DNA of 64,000 bases from positions 14,893 through 78,892 of the forward strand of contig JAYZEG010000069.1 in NCBI GenBank assembly GCA_036337435.1, in the 5' to 3' direction. Below are positions 28,032 to 36,736 of this stretch, piece after piece (within the stretch, counting starts at the first letter, position 1; each line of letters opens with the position of its first letter). The DNA is from Myxococcota bacterium. Its GTDB lineage: Bacteria; Myxococcota_A; Bradymonadia; UBA7976; UBA1532. The translations under genes and the position numbers were made by a program. Below the pieces are notes generated by a model. It had not been told where the DNA came from, did no database searches, and saw only the letters and a program-made list of their open reading frames with translations.

Positions 28032-28823
28032 CTAGTTGTCAGTATCGTCGTTGGTTCGGGCTCTTTGAGCGAGGCTTTTCATTAAGCGCTCCCAGTAGTG
28101 TTCAGTTGATTCATTGAACTCGGTGTCGTCGGGCCCGTTGGGCGCTTCGGTCTCTGGAGGCCGCGCACGGCTCACGCTCGCACCCTTCAAATTGGCACCA
28201 TCGAGGCGAGCACCGCGAAGATCAGCACCCCTGAGGTCGGCGTCTCTCAAATCTGCTGCGCGCAGGTCTGCGCCAGCGAGATTGATTCGCTTCGCGCGCA
28301 GACCGTTTAGATCAACCCCCGATAGGTCGGCTTGCTTGAGCTTACCTAGACTGGCTCCGGTTAACCCGCGCGCCGCCACCGCTTCCAGTTTTTTATTGGC
28401 AGCGCGCAGTCTTCGCACCAAGATCGATGAAAGATTCTTATAGAACTTTTGAAGAATGGGGTGATCGACGTTCTTGACGAGATCTGCCTCCACAATCAAG
28501 ACCACTCCATCGCCACGTGCCACGACGCGAGCCGACCGAGGGGCCCCATCCACCATCGCCATTTCTCCGACTGTAGACCCAGGCTCTAAAAGGGCCAAGA
28601 CCTCGGGTCCATCATGATGGTCACGAACGACTTCAGCTCGACCGCTGATGATAATGAAAATACTGGTCGTTTTGTCATTTTCATGAACAAGGATATCCCC
28701 ATTTGTGAATCCTTTTTTCTTCGCGAATTGCAAAAGGTCTAAGATTTCCTCATCTCGGAAATCATCGAAGAGCAGCACGCGTTCACGCAATATGCGAAGT
28801 CGATCAGCACTTAATTTCATCAA
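28032..28823 (-). CDS. Cyclic-nucleotide-binding domain protein with C-terminal pentapeptide repeats
   Basis: 263-aa ORF with a cNMP-binding core (GSTVGEMAMVDGAPRSARVVA), followed by ADLSGVDLNGLRAKRINLAGADLRAADLRDADLRGADLRGARLDGANLKGASV. Confidence 0.8.
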   Translation of the reverse strand: MMKLSADRLRILRERVLLFDDFRDEEILDLLQFAKKKGFTNGDILVHENDKTTSIFIIISGRAEVVRDHHDGPEVLALLEPGSTVGEMAMVDGAPRSARVVARGDGVVLIVEADLVKNVDHPILQKFYKNLSSILVRRLRAANKKLEAVAARGLTGASLGKLKQADLSGVDLNGLRAKRINLAGADLRAADLRDADLRGADLRGARLDGANLKGASVSRARPPETEAPNGPDDTEFNESTEHYWERLMKSLAQRARTNDDTDN

Positions 28824-29043
28824 CTAATCCGCAGTCATTCTGAGGGTTCGATTTTTCTAACGATTTTCTTACAGCACGCGGACGCTTGCTGTCAATATCG
28901 TGTTTAAACTCCCATCCGAAGCGATTCCAGGTCGGTTTGGCATATGGCGTGCACAGCCGAATTCGCCCACCATCGCCATGAATCTTAAAGCCAACGCCTC
29001 GGCTCAAAGTGACCTCCCATAGACGGGTGTCAGCATTATTCAT
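28804..29043 (-). CDS. Hypothetical small basic protein (doubtful)
   Basis: 79-aa ORF from the ATG at 29043. It overlaps the putA stop by 8 nt and the downstream gene start by 20 nt. No motif was recognised, so this could instead be intergenic. Confidence 0.25.
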   Translation of the reverse strand: MNNADTRLWEVTLSRGVGFKIHGDGGRIRLCTPYAKPTWNRFGWEFKHDIDSKRPRAVRKSLEKSNPQNDCGLVDEIKC

Positions 29044-32020
29044 CGGTATCGGGCGCAAAACCCCGTCGGAGGGTGTTTTCGGTGATGGTAAACGGATCTA
29101 GGAAATGAAGTAAGTAATCTGGCCCGCCTGCTTTCGTGCCCCCACCGCTCATTTGACCGCCGCCGAACGGCTGACGGCCGACAACGGCCCCCGTGATGGT
29201 CCGGTTTATGTACAAATTACCAACTCTAAGCTCGCGCCTTGCCGTCTCAATTCGGCTTGGTGACCGACTAAACAAGCCCCCAGTCAGTGCATAATCGGTG
29301 TCATTGAGTACGGCAACGGCGTCTTCAAAACTGTCCACCTTGATCAACACAATGAGGGGACCAAAAAATTCATCTTGTGCAAGTGGATCTTTTGGATCGA
29401 CGGGCCCGATGATTGTCGGCCCAACAAAAAAGCCCTCCGTCGGTTTGCTCTCTTGCTGGAAAATGATCGGAACCCCACGCTGAGCTGCGTCATCGATGGC
29501 AGCGTCTAGCCGGTTTTGAGATTCTCGATCGATAAGTGGACCTAACGCGCTGCCCGCGTCAGTCGGTTGGCCGACCTGAAGGCTGCGTGTCGCTTCGACA
29601 AGCCTGGGTACAAACGCATCGTAGTTCTCACTCAGGATAATCACTCGGCTACATGCACTGCATTTCTGTCCTCCGAAGCTAAATGCGGAATGAATGACGC
29701 CGAGTACGGCCTCGTCTAAGTCTGCATCGCTATCAACGATGATTGCGTTCTTACCGCCCATCTCGCAGACGACCCTTTTTAATGCAGCTTGCCCTCGATG
29801 GGTTTGGCCTGCAGCTTCCCAAATAGACAGTCCGACTGAACGACTGCCCGTAAAGACCACATTTGCGACATCGGCATGTCTGACCAGATAATCACCGACG
29901 ACTTCACCGCGACCAGGTAGGAAATGAAGTACATCTGGGGGAATTCCTACATCCAAGGCAATCTTCATGAATTCAGCGGCGATTGCCATGGATTGTTCGG
30001 CTGGTTTACCAATCACTGTGTTGCCTGTGACCAGTGCAGCACTCACCATTCCACAGTAGATGGCCAGTGGAAAGTTCCAGGGTGCGATGACGACAGTCAC
30101 ACCTCGACCACGATAGGCTAGATGGTTCAACTCACCGGGTAAATTCTGCATCAATCGGGGCTTGCTGAGTCTCAGCATTTCACGGCCATAATATTCGCAA
30201 AAGTCGATTGCCTCCGCGGTATCTGCATCTGCTTCACGCCACGTTTTGCCCACTTCTAGTACCATCAGGGCCGAGAGCTGATCTCGTTTTTGACGCATCG
30301 CATCAGCGAGTTTGAACAGGAGCAGGGCACGCGTGCGGGCCGCTGTTTTCTGCCATTCTGGAAATGCGGTTTTTGCTCGTTCTAAAGCCTGATTTGCTTC
30401 GTCGATTCCGGCGAGGTGTACAGTTGCAATGGATGATGACGGATTCGCCGGATCAACACTGTCGAGTGTACTGCCAGTCTCGACGGTCTCCCCTGAAATC
30501 ACAGGGCCAAGGACACCACCAATGCTGTCCTGGACTTGGTTTAACGCGTCGCGGAATTCGCGTCTGGCACTCGCTTTTGTAAAATCTCGAAGCGGTTCAT
30601 TCAAAAGTGGCCCTGGTTCAGCGACATCAGTACATCCATCCGGCACTTTCCTGAGCATTGGGTCATGATCAGTTGCTGTTGGTTTGGCGAGCAGTTGGTC
30701 AACGGATAGGTTGTCGTTGAACCCCTGACGCAGCCAGCTCTCATTACTGGTATTTTCCAAGAGCCGTCTGACCAAATAAGCCATCCCTGGAATGAGTTCA
30801 CCGACGGGCGAATACACACGTACTCGGTGACCTCTCTCGATACACGCAGCTTTGATCGGTTCGGCCATGCCGTACAGACACTGTATTTCATAGGCATTGG
30901 GTGCCAAGCCGAGTGCTTCCGCAGTCGCGATGGAATGCGCGAGGCTCCTGACATTGTGACTGCCGATTGCACTGCGAATGTATTGATGATTTTTAAGCAT
31001 GAGTGCCGCGCATTTTTCAAAGCAAACGTCCGAGTCCCCTTTATTGAGCCAGACCGGGCTTGCCCAACCTTCTTGGGCTGCTTTTACGGTCTCATAATCC
31101 CAATAGGCCCCTTTGACGAGTCGCACGGTGATGCGTTTGTTGGTGAGCCTCGCCCAGCCGATCAGTGACTCCAGATCCGACACCGCCTGACGATGGTAGG
31201 CTTGGATGACAACGCCGGCGTCGTCAAAGCCATCTAGGCTAGGATCCTCCAAAACACGTTGGAATAAGGCGAGGGTGATGTCCTTACAGTTGTGCTGCTC
31301 CATATCTAAATTCAGGAACACGCCTTTGGCTTTTGCTTTCTGAAATAAAGGTAGAAGACGTTGAGCCGCAGCCTCCACGCTTCGATCGAAGTCCAGCGGG
31401 TCGAACTGGCTGTACATGGCACTGACTTTGATGGAGATGTTAACTCGCGGGATGATCCCTTTGTCGTCATAATCGAGGCATTCTGATTCTTTCCAGTTTG
31501 CACATTCAGCGGCGAGGCCATCGATTAAGGCAGCGTAGCGAGCCGCGTATTCGGCCGCTTCAACCTCGCTTACCGTGGCTTCGCCAAGAAGGTCTACGGT
31601 AAACGCCTGCGTTTGTTTTCGAAGCTCACGGAGGGTCGGCAGTGCGCTGGCCGCGTCGGTCCCCACGATAAAGTTCTTGGCCATACCTTCAAGGTTTTTT
31701 GTGATTTGGGCTGTTGCCATGCGCATGGCCATCTTGCCAAGATTTGCGCTCTTTAGTGCCAGTTTGATGACCGTCGGTACTTTAATCCCAGGCTTGAGTA
31801 GATACTCTCGAATGTGCCTGTTGACTTCTTCGGGCGATGTCAAGACGGGAAATACATCGACAAATCTGAACATTTCAGTTTTGAAATCTGGATCCTTCAT
31901 CGCCCATTCGAGGATTTGTCCACTCCACCAGGCCTTGTTGAAAACACCGGGCGTATTTCCACGCATCCGGCGGAACAAATCTTCTCCAATTTCCCGAATT
32001 CGGGCTTCAGTTGCAGCCAT
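29036..32020 (-). CDS. putA: Bifunctional proline dehydrogenase / 1-pyrroline-5-carboxylate dehydrogenase
   Basis: The ORF is open to 32107; the likely start is MAATEARIREIG at 32020. It has an N-terminal PRODH barrel region, then ALDH motifs VCEMGGKNAIIV and FSFGGQKCSACSRV. There is no N-terminal RHH DNA-binding domain. Confidence 0.93.
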   Translation of the reverse strand: MAATEARIREIGEDLFRRMRGNTPGVFNKAWWSGQILEWAMKDPDFKTEMFRFVDVFPVLTSPEEVNRHIREYLLKPGIKVPTVIKLALKSANLGKMAMRMATAQITKNLEGMAKNFIVGTDAASALPTLRELRKQTQAFTVDLLGEATVSEVEAAEYAARYAALIDGLAAECANWKESECLDYDDKGIIPRVNISIKVSAMYSQFDPLDFDRSVEAAAQRLLPLFQKAKAKGVFLNLDMEQHNCKDITLALFQRVLEDPSLDGFDDAGVVIQAYHRQAVSDLESLIGWARLTNKRITVRLVKGAYWDYETVKAAQEGWASPVWLNKGDSDVCFEKCAALMLKNHQYIRSAIGSHNVRSLAHSIATAEALGLAPNAYEIQCLYGMAEPIKAACIERGHRVRVYSPVGELIPGMAYLVRRLLENTSNESWLRQGFNDNLSVDQLLAKPTATDHDPMLRKVPDGCTDVAEPGPLLNEPLRDFTKASARREFRDALNQVQDSIGGVLGPVISGETVETGSTLDSVDPANPSSSIATVHLAGIDEANQALERAKTAFPEWQKTAARTRALLLFKLADAMRQKRDQLSALMVLEVGKTWREADADTAEAIDFCEYYGREMLRLSKPRLMQNLPGELNHLAYRGRGVTVVIAPWNFPLAIYCGMVSAALVTGNTVIGKPAEQSMAIAAEFMKIALDVGIPPDVLHFLPGRGEVVGDYLVRHADVANVVFTGSRSVGLSIWEAAGQTHRGQAALKRVVCEMGGKNAIIVDSDADLDEAVLGVIHSAFSFGGQKCSACSRVIILSENYDAFVPRLVEATRSLQVGQPTDAGSALGPLIDRESQNRLDAAIDDAAQRGVPIIFQQESKPTEGFFVGPTIIGPVDPKDPLAQDEFFGPLIVLIKVDSFEDAVAVLNDTDYALTGGLFSRSPSRIETARRELRVGNLYINRTITGAVVGRQPFGGGQMSGGGTKAGGPDYLLHFLDPFTITENTLRRGFAPDTDE

Positions 32021-32239
32021 GCCCTCTCCGAACTCGCTAGATGCTTCTCTAGCGGATAAAAATTTCTCAGTCTCTCCAATCTTAGTCCCAGGTTGATGCC
32101 CACGCAATCTAACTTCTGGTCTAAAAAGTGACTCAAAATGTAGTTACTAAGGCGGATGGGGACGCGATCATCCAACTTTTGGCGTCGGCCTTTTAATTGA
32201 TTTTTCGGCGTTTTAAGATGTGCTGTACCATCGCGCTTG

Positions 32240-32255
32240 TGGCACCTGAGTTGCA
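32240..32255 (+). promoter_or_regulatory. Sigma-54 (-24/-12) promoter element facing the ECF sigma gene
   Basis: TGGCAC-ctgag-TTGCA at 32240-32255 matches the TGGCAC-N5-TTGCA consensus exactly (GG at 32241-42, GC at 32253-54). It lies in the 360-bp intergenic region about 215 nt upstream of the ATG at 32470. Confidence 0.55.
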
Positions 32256-32469
32256 CCACCACGGGACCGAATTTGAACACGAGGTGATTTTTTGAGGCAG
32301 TTCATTCCATTCGAGTTTCAAACCCACCAAACCAAGCCTCAAAAGAACCTGTGATGCGACGAAAGATGATGCTTTTTCAATGCTTCAACGGCTGCGGCCG
32401 ATGGAGATCGAATGTTGGGACGAGGCGATTTGTGACACTTTGGTTCTGCCTCGACTCTAGATTGGTGTC

Positions 32470-33057
32470 ATGAATTCGGAAAACTCAGCGAGCGACGATC
32501 TGGCCTTCGCCCGAGCATTATCCGATGCCGAAGCAACAGCCGTATTGGAATTTGATTCCAAGTATCGGCCTGTGATTCTGCATGCATTTAATCGGGCCTT
32601 CGCACGTTGGAGGCCTTCGCAGCCGGTGGAGGCGGATGATTATGTCCAAGATTTTATTGGATTTTTGTTCGATGACCAGGGGCGGCGTCTCCGAACTTAT
32701 TCAGGGCGCGCACGCTTTACCACTTGGCTCTCTACGGTCGCGCTTCGATATTTTCAGCGGCAGTTCTCAAAACGAAGCCGAGATCGTCGTGGTCATGTCA
32801 CACTTGCGTTGGTACCAGACCTGGATACCGTCACTCCAGAAGACCATGCCGCTCAGGTTCAGTCCGTCTCCATGCTCAAGCAAGCCATCGCTGGCCTGCC
32901 GGAACATGAGCAGCTTTGTCTCAAACTCTTTTATGTCGATGGTCTCAACGCCACGGACGTGGCCCTGGCAACGGGCCAAAGTAAATCAGCCATCAGGATG
33001 CGCAAAATGAGGATTTTGGACAAACTGCGTGTTTTGCTCGAGGACGGGGGGGGTTGA
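32470..33057 (+). CDS. ECF-type RNA polymerase sigma-70 family factor
   Basis: 195-aa ORF with region 2 (DDYVQDFIGFLF...FTTWLSTVALRYF) and a region 4 HTH (LNATDVALATGQSKSAIRMRKMRILDKL). Confidence 0.85.
   Translation: MNSENSASDDLAFARALSDAEATAVLEFDSKYRPVILHAFNRAFARWRPSQPVEADDYVQDFIGFLFDDQGRRLRTYSGRARFTTWLSTVALRYFQRQFSKRSRDRRGHVTLALVPDLDTVTPEDHAAQVQSVSMLKQAIAGLPEHEQLCLKLFYVDGLNATDVALATGQSKSAIRMRKMRILDKLRVLLEDGGG
33046..33053 (+). repeat. G8 homopolymer at the sigma/anti-sigma junction
   Basis: gac-ggg-ggg-ggt-TGA-TG: eight consecutive G residues immediately precede the overlapping stop/start TGATG (33055-33059). Confidence 0.95.
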
Positions 33058-34169
33058 TGGGAATGAACCAACTAGAGCATGATTTGGCGGCTGCACTGAA
33101 AGACCATGACGTTGTTGGCGAGCCCCTCAGTGATGAGCGATTCGCTGAAATTGTCGAAGGCGCGGAGATGACCGCAGCTGAAGCGAAATACCTTTTAGGC
33201 TGCCAGGAATCTCGTGAGCTCCTGGTCTTATTGGGGCAGACATTGGCCGAACTGGAGCCCATTGAAAGACAGCCAAGACCGCCCTCATTTACGTCCCCCA
33301 CGCCACCGAAGAGACCGTCCGTCGCCGACGATGGTTTAGGTCGGGGAAGAAAACGCGCATCGGTGGTGTCAGCGAGTGTCTTCTTGTGCGCAGCCCTTGC
33401 TTTTGCCGGTGTAGGCTATGTTGGCTATCAGGTGTTGGTCAAACGCGATGTCGAGCCTACCCTGAAGACAAAGGTTCGACCCGAAACAGGTCAGGCTGTC
33501 CCGACGTCTGGCAACTCTTCGCGTCAAACGTCACCGTCGAAGTCCAATCTAATCAAGGAAGACGAGAGCCGGGTCGCTGAGGGCCAGTCCATACGACCGA
33601 GGACTGCACAGGCTGGTTTAAGGGTCGAGAGCCGTACGCACCGGTCGGATGAAAACCGCAAGCCGACAGACCGCCAACACACCTCAGGCCCTAAATCGAA
33701 GGGTCTTAAAAGACCATCGAAGATGACAAGAACAATGGGCTCAGCGCGCACACGCTCATCAGTTCAAAGTGAAAATAAAAAGCCTCATTCGCAGCCAAAC
33801 AGGGCGTCGAAACCCAAGGTGAAAAACACAAAGAGCGTTTTTGAGGCGCGTTTGGGCACGCAACGCTTGGAACAGAGACGCGGCCCGATCGAGGTGACAC
33901 GGCAGGCTGTTTCAGGACCGAGTCGAGGATTTGGGCAACTCCGGTTAAACAGTAAACCCGCAGCGGAAGTATTCATTGACGGACTTAGGCGCGGCTGGAC
34001 GCCGATTATCGATCTCAGACTCCAAGCTGGGCCGCACGACGTCAAGCTGGTCTACAGAAGTCCGCTCGCCGATAAGACTGAAGAGCGATTCAGGGTGATC
34101 ATTAAAGCGGACCAAACCTGGGGCACAGTCCGTGACAATCGAAAAAAAGTAGATGAGTCGGTTAAATAG
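33057..34169 (+). CDS. Putative membrane anti-sigma factor with a C-terminal PEGA-like domain
   Basis: The start overlaps the sigma stop (TGATG). It has a short cytoplasmic N-terminus, one TM segment (VVSASVFLCAALAFAGVGYVGY), a long basic low-complexity linker, and a C-terminal segment GQLRLNSKPAAEVFIDGLRRGWTPIIDLRLQAGPHDVKLVY. Confidence 0.6.
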   Translation: MGMNQLEHDLAAALKDHDVVGEPLSDERFAEIVEGAEMTAAEAKYLLGCQESRELLVLLGQTLAELEPIERQPRPPSFTSPTPPKRPSVADDGLGRGRKRASVVSASVFLCAALAFAGVGYVGYQVLVKRDVEPTLKTKVRPETGQAVPTSGNSSRQTSPSKSNLIKEDESRVAEGQSIRPRTAQAGLRVESRTHRSDENRKPTDRQHTSGPKSKGLKRPSKMTRTMGSARTRSSVQSENKKPHSQPNRASKPKVKNTKSVFEARLGTQRLEQRRGPIEVTRQAVSGPSRGFGQLRLNSKPAAEVFIDGLRRGWTPIIDLRLQAGPHDVKLVYRSPLADKTEERFRVIIKADQTWGTVRDNRKKVDESVK

Positions 34170-36267
34170 CGCGGCGTCGACGGTGACTTAATACAGCCAT
34201 CAAGAACCAGAAGAGTGGATTGAGCCCCGTGCCAGCGTGTCCACTGACGACACAGCCTGAGGATTTTGGCCTTCCATTGATGACGATAAACCCACCGCCA
34301 TTGGCTACACCCCCATCAGGCGTCGTCTCCGCAAAGCCACAGCCCTCGTCGACGAGCCCATCGCAATCATCGTCTTGTTGGTCCTCGCATCGCTCACTTG
34401 TCCCAGGGTTGATGTCAGGCCTATCATCGCGGCAATCATCTCGTGCGCAGAAACCATCTTGGTCACTATCAACACACGCATCGCATCCCTCGTCGATGAC
34501 ACCATCACAGTCATCGTCGAGTTGATTGTTACAGGCTTCCGCAGCACCCGGTCGTCGCTGTGAATCTTGGGGCGCGCAATCATCATCGTCGCAGACAGAG
34601 TCATTGTCGGAGTCGGCACACTCTCGCTCACCGACGCACCGACCAAATTCGACCGCTGAGTCTGGATAAAGGTCACACCTTTGGCCGTTGCTGCAATCGG
34701 CATCCTGATAGCAATTCTCGACACAGGTTGTTCCTCCGTTTGCAAATCGGCAAACCGCGCCATCGACGCAAGTTGTTCGTCCCGCAAAACAGCTTGCACC
34801 AATCGGCTGACTTTCGGTTTCTCTGCAGTACGTGGAACCCCATTGTTCGGCTACACATGCGAATTGTGCGGGACAATCCCCTCCTGTCATCCGGCAATTG
34901 TCTGGCGGCAGGCACGCCAGATATTGTGGACGACACGTCTCAAAAATACACGCTTGGCGAGCCAAGTTGTCATTCATCAGGTTGCTGCAGGCATTACTTT
35001 GACACTCACTCAGTGCCAAAAATAGGTCTTGGCTATCATAACGCCCGGTTTGAAAGCATGTTTGTGCACATGTCGCATCACTACACCTTTGAACACAGGC
35101 GTACAGCTCAGCGCAGCTGGCCGTACCCTCTTCGCCAAACCCATCGGGTAGACAGAGCTCGGCACTGGCAGCGCATCTATCTCGGATGCAGCGGGTAGAT
35201 GGCTCAGGGCAGCGGTCATTCAAACATTGCGAGAATTGATAATAGTGTGATTGAGCCGCTTCGGATCCACTATTCAAACAGTTAAATTGGCAGCCGCCGG
35301 CACTGTCGCAATTCTGAAGGCAATCTGTGATATCACGGCATGTGCCGGTCGCACAGCGCGTATGGTCGCACACACCATTGTTCATACAAGCTTGGCCGCA
35401 CAAGCAGACGTCGCCCTGGCTGCAATCTGGCGCAAGCCCCATACGCGCATCGATCCACGTTTGAAAAGCATCCACGCGTGCTTGAAATGACTGAGTTAGA
35501 CATGGCGGATTGGTTCCAGCGACGGAGCTGTTGATGCCTACGACACGCCATTGACCGCCGATATTGGCGAGCCCTGGTCCCCCTGAATCTCCAAAGCAGA
35601 CGCCTTGCCGGTTGTGGTTTGTGAGATAGGCCGAATACGAGACGCCGCCCATTTCAAGGACGGCACTCTTTTTTTGTCCGGAGTCGCTTTCGCCATCTGG
35701 ATTCGACACGCCGTAACCGACATAGGTAATCCCTTGCCCCACAAGATTGTCGATGGGGTCTCGATTGATGGGAAACGGTTCAGCCTCTGCTGCCTCCGTA
35801 AGTCGGACGATGGCAATGTCGTTCAGACTGATCGAAACGGTCTGCCCTTCGTTCCGATCGTATCCTTCATGCATCCAGAACTCGTCAATTTGATACAGCG
35901 TTCCGCTTCTCATCGGGGCTCCCAGAATGTTGGGTCTTGCATCTGGGCCAGTCATGAAGAACATGTCGTTTGGTCGGAGTCTGAAGCCAAGTTCTCGTGC
36001 TTGCTCTTGGGCCCCAGTGATGCAATGAGCTGCTGTTAGAACCCATCGGGGTGCAATTAAGACAGCACTACAGAAGTGACCGATGAACACCCCGTTCCGC
36101 GCTCTCATGGTCATTGCGCCAACGCCCTCGAAGCCCCGTTCAATCGCACCGTTTACAATGGGCCTTTCTAGGCGAGTTGTCTTGGTTTCCAGGTTGGAGA
36201 CAGGTTCACAACCGACCAGACAGCCAATGTAGATTGCGAAGTATGCTAGCCATGTTGTTAACTTCAT
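34162..36267 (-). CDS. Secreted trypsin-like (S1) serine protease with a large Cys-rich C-terminal region and a MYXO-CTERM-type tail
   Basis: 701-aa ORF with WVLTAAHC (His), NDIAIVRL (Asp) and GDSGGPG (Ser). The Cys-dense region includes two DCxxxxxxxxPGxxExC..xxDDDCDGxxDEGC motifs. The tail is SSGCVVSGHAGTGLNPLFWFLMAVLSHRRRRAI. Confidence 0.85.
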   Translation of the reverse strand: MKLTTWLAYFAIYIGCLVGCEPVSNLETKTTRLERPIVNGAIERGFEGVGAMTMRARNGVFIGHFCSAVLIAPRWVLTAAHCITGAQEQARELGFRLRPNDMFFMTGPDARPNILGAPMRSGTLYQIDEFWMHEGYDRNEGQTVSISLNDIAIVRLTEAAEAEPFPINRDPIDNLVGQGITYVGYGVSNPDGESDSGQKKSAVLEMGGVSYSAYLTNHNRQGVCFGDSGGPGLANIGGQWRVVGINSSVAGTNPPCLTQSFQARVDAFQTWIDARMGLAPDCSQGDVCLCGQACMNNGVCDHTRCATGTCRDITDCLQNCDSAGGCQFNCLNSGSEAAQSHYYQFSQCLNDRCPEPSTRCIRDRCAASAELCLPDGFGEEGTASCAELYACVQRCSDATCAQTCFQTGRYDSQDLFLALSECQSNACSNLMNDNLARQACIFETCRPQYLACLPPDNCRMTGGDCPAQFACVAEQWGSTYCRETESQPIGASCFAGRTTCVDGAVCRFANGGTTCVENCYQDADCSNGQRCDLYPDSAVEFGRCVGERECADSDNDSVCDDDDCAPQDSQRRPGAAEACNNQLDDDCDGVIDEGCDACVDSDQDGFCARDDCRDDRPDINPGTSERCEDQQDDDCDGLVDEGCGFAETTPDGGVANGGGFIVINGRPKSSGCVVSGHAGTGLNPLFWFLMAVLSHRRRRAI

Positions 36268-36736
36268 CGATGACTCCTAAACACAGTTCGCTTGGGCGTT
36301 CTGGTTTAACCTAGTTTGACCGTCCGAGTCCAGGCTTCTAAACGTTGCGAGTCGACACTGGTGTCGATTCATCTTTTGGCAAAAAGGTCCGGATCGTTCC
36401 CCATCTGAAGGTCTAAATTAACGATTCGAAATGACATCGTCCCCTAGACGAACAGATTCCCAAAACCGACCACGAGCAGGTCACGGGCTCGAGGTGGTCT
36501 CTGAATACCCCAGCTGTCGAGGTCTCACAGGTGGGTCTTGATGACCTCATGCCCAGGCCTCGTTTTGTCTGAAAAAAGAGGTCCAAGTCAACAATCTCGA
36601 TTTGCCGCAGACCGCTTGGTCTGGCATTATTCTTGTATTGCATAGCCCACAAGAAATCTGGGTGAACACATTTGGTGAAATAGAGACGCCGGTGACCAGC
36701 CTGTAAGAGCGAGGTCGGTGGTGATGGGAGTTGGTT

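Noticed and set aside
28840-28870. A GGTTCGATT string resembling a tRNA T-loop, plus a general scan of intergenic regions for tRNA or other structured RNA genes.
   Set aside because: The flanks cannot form a T-stem or acceptor stem. No GGTTCGAATCC-type T-arm with a matching cloverleaf was seen on either strand. A proper tRNAscan/Infernal run is still advisable.
34220-35816. Many 60-212-aa ORFs antisense to, or out of frame with, the S1-protease gene (e.g. 34560-35198 +, 34305-34802 -).
   Set aside because: They lie inside a gene with clear S1 and Cys-rich motifs. The Cys/Asp/Gly-rich codon composition suppresses stop codons in other frames, and their translations are low-complexity (Ser/Arg/His-rich) with no motifs.
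36622-36637. TGGCAT-N5-TTGTA upstream of the 844-aa gene as a second sigma-54 promoter.
   Set aside because: The essential -12 GC is GT here, so only the -24 half matches. It is kept only as a note.
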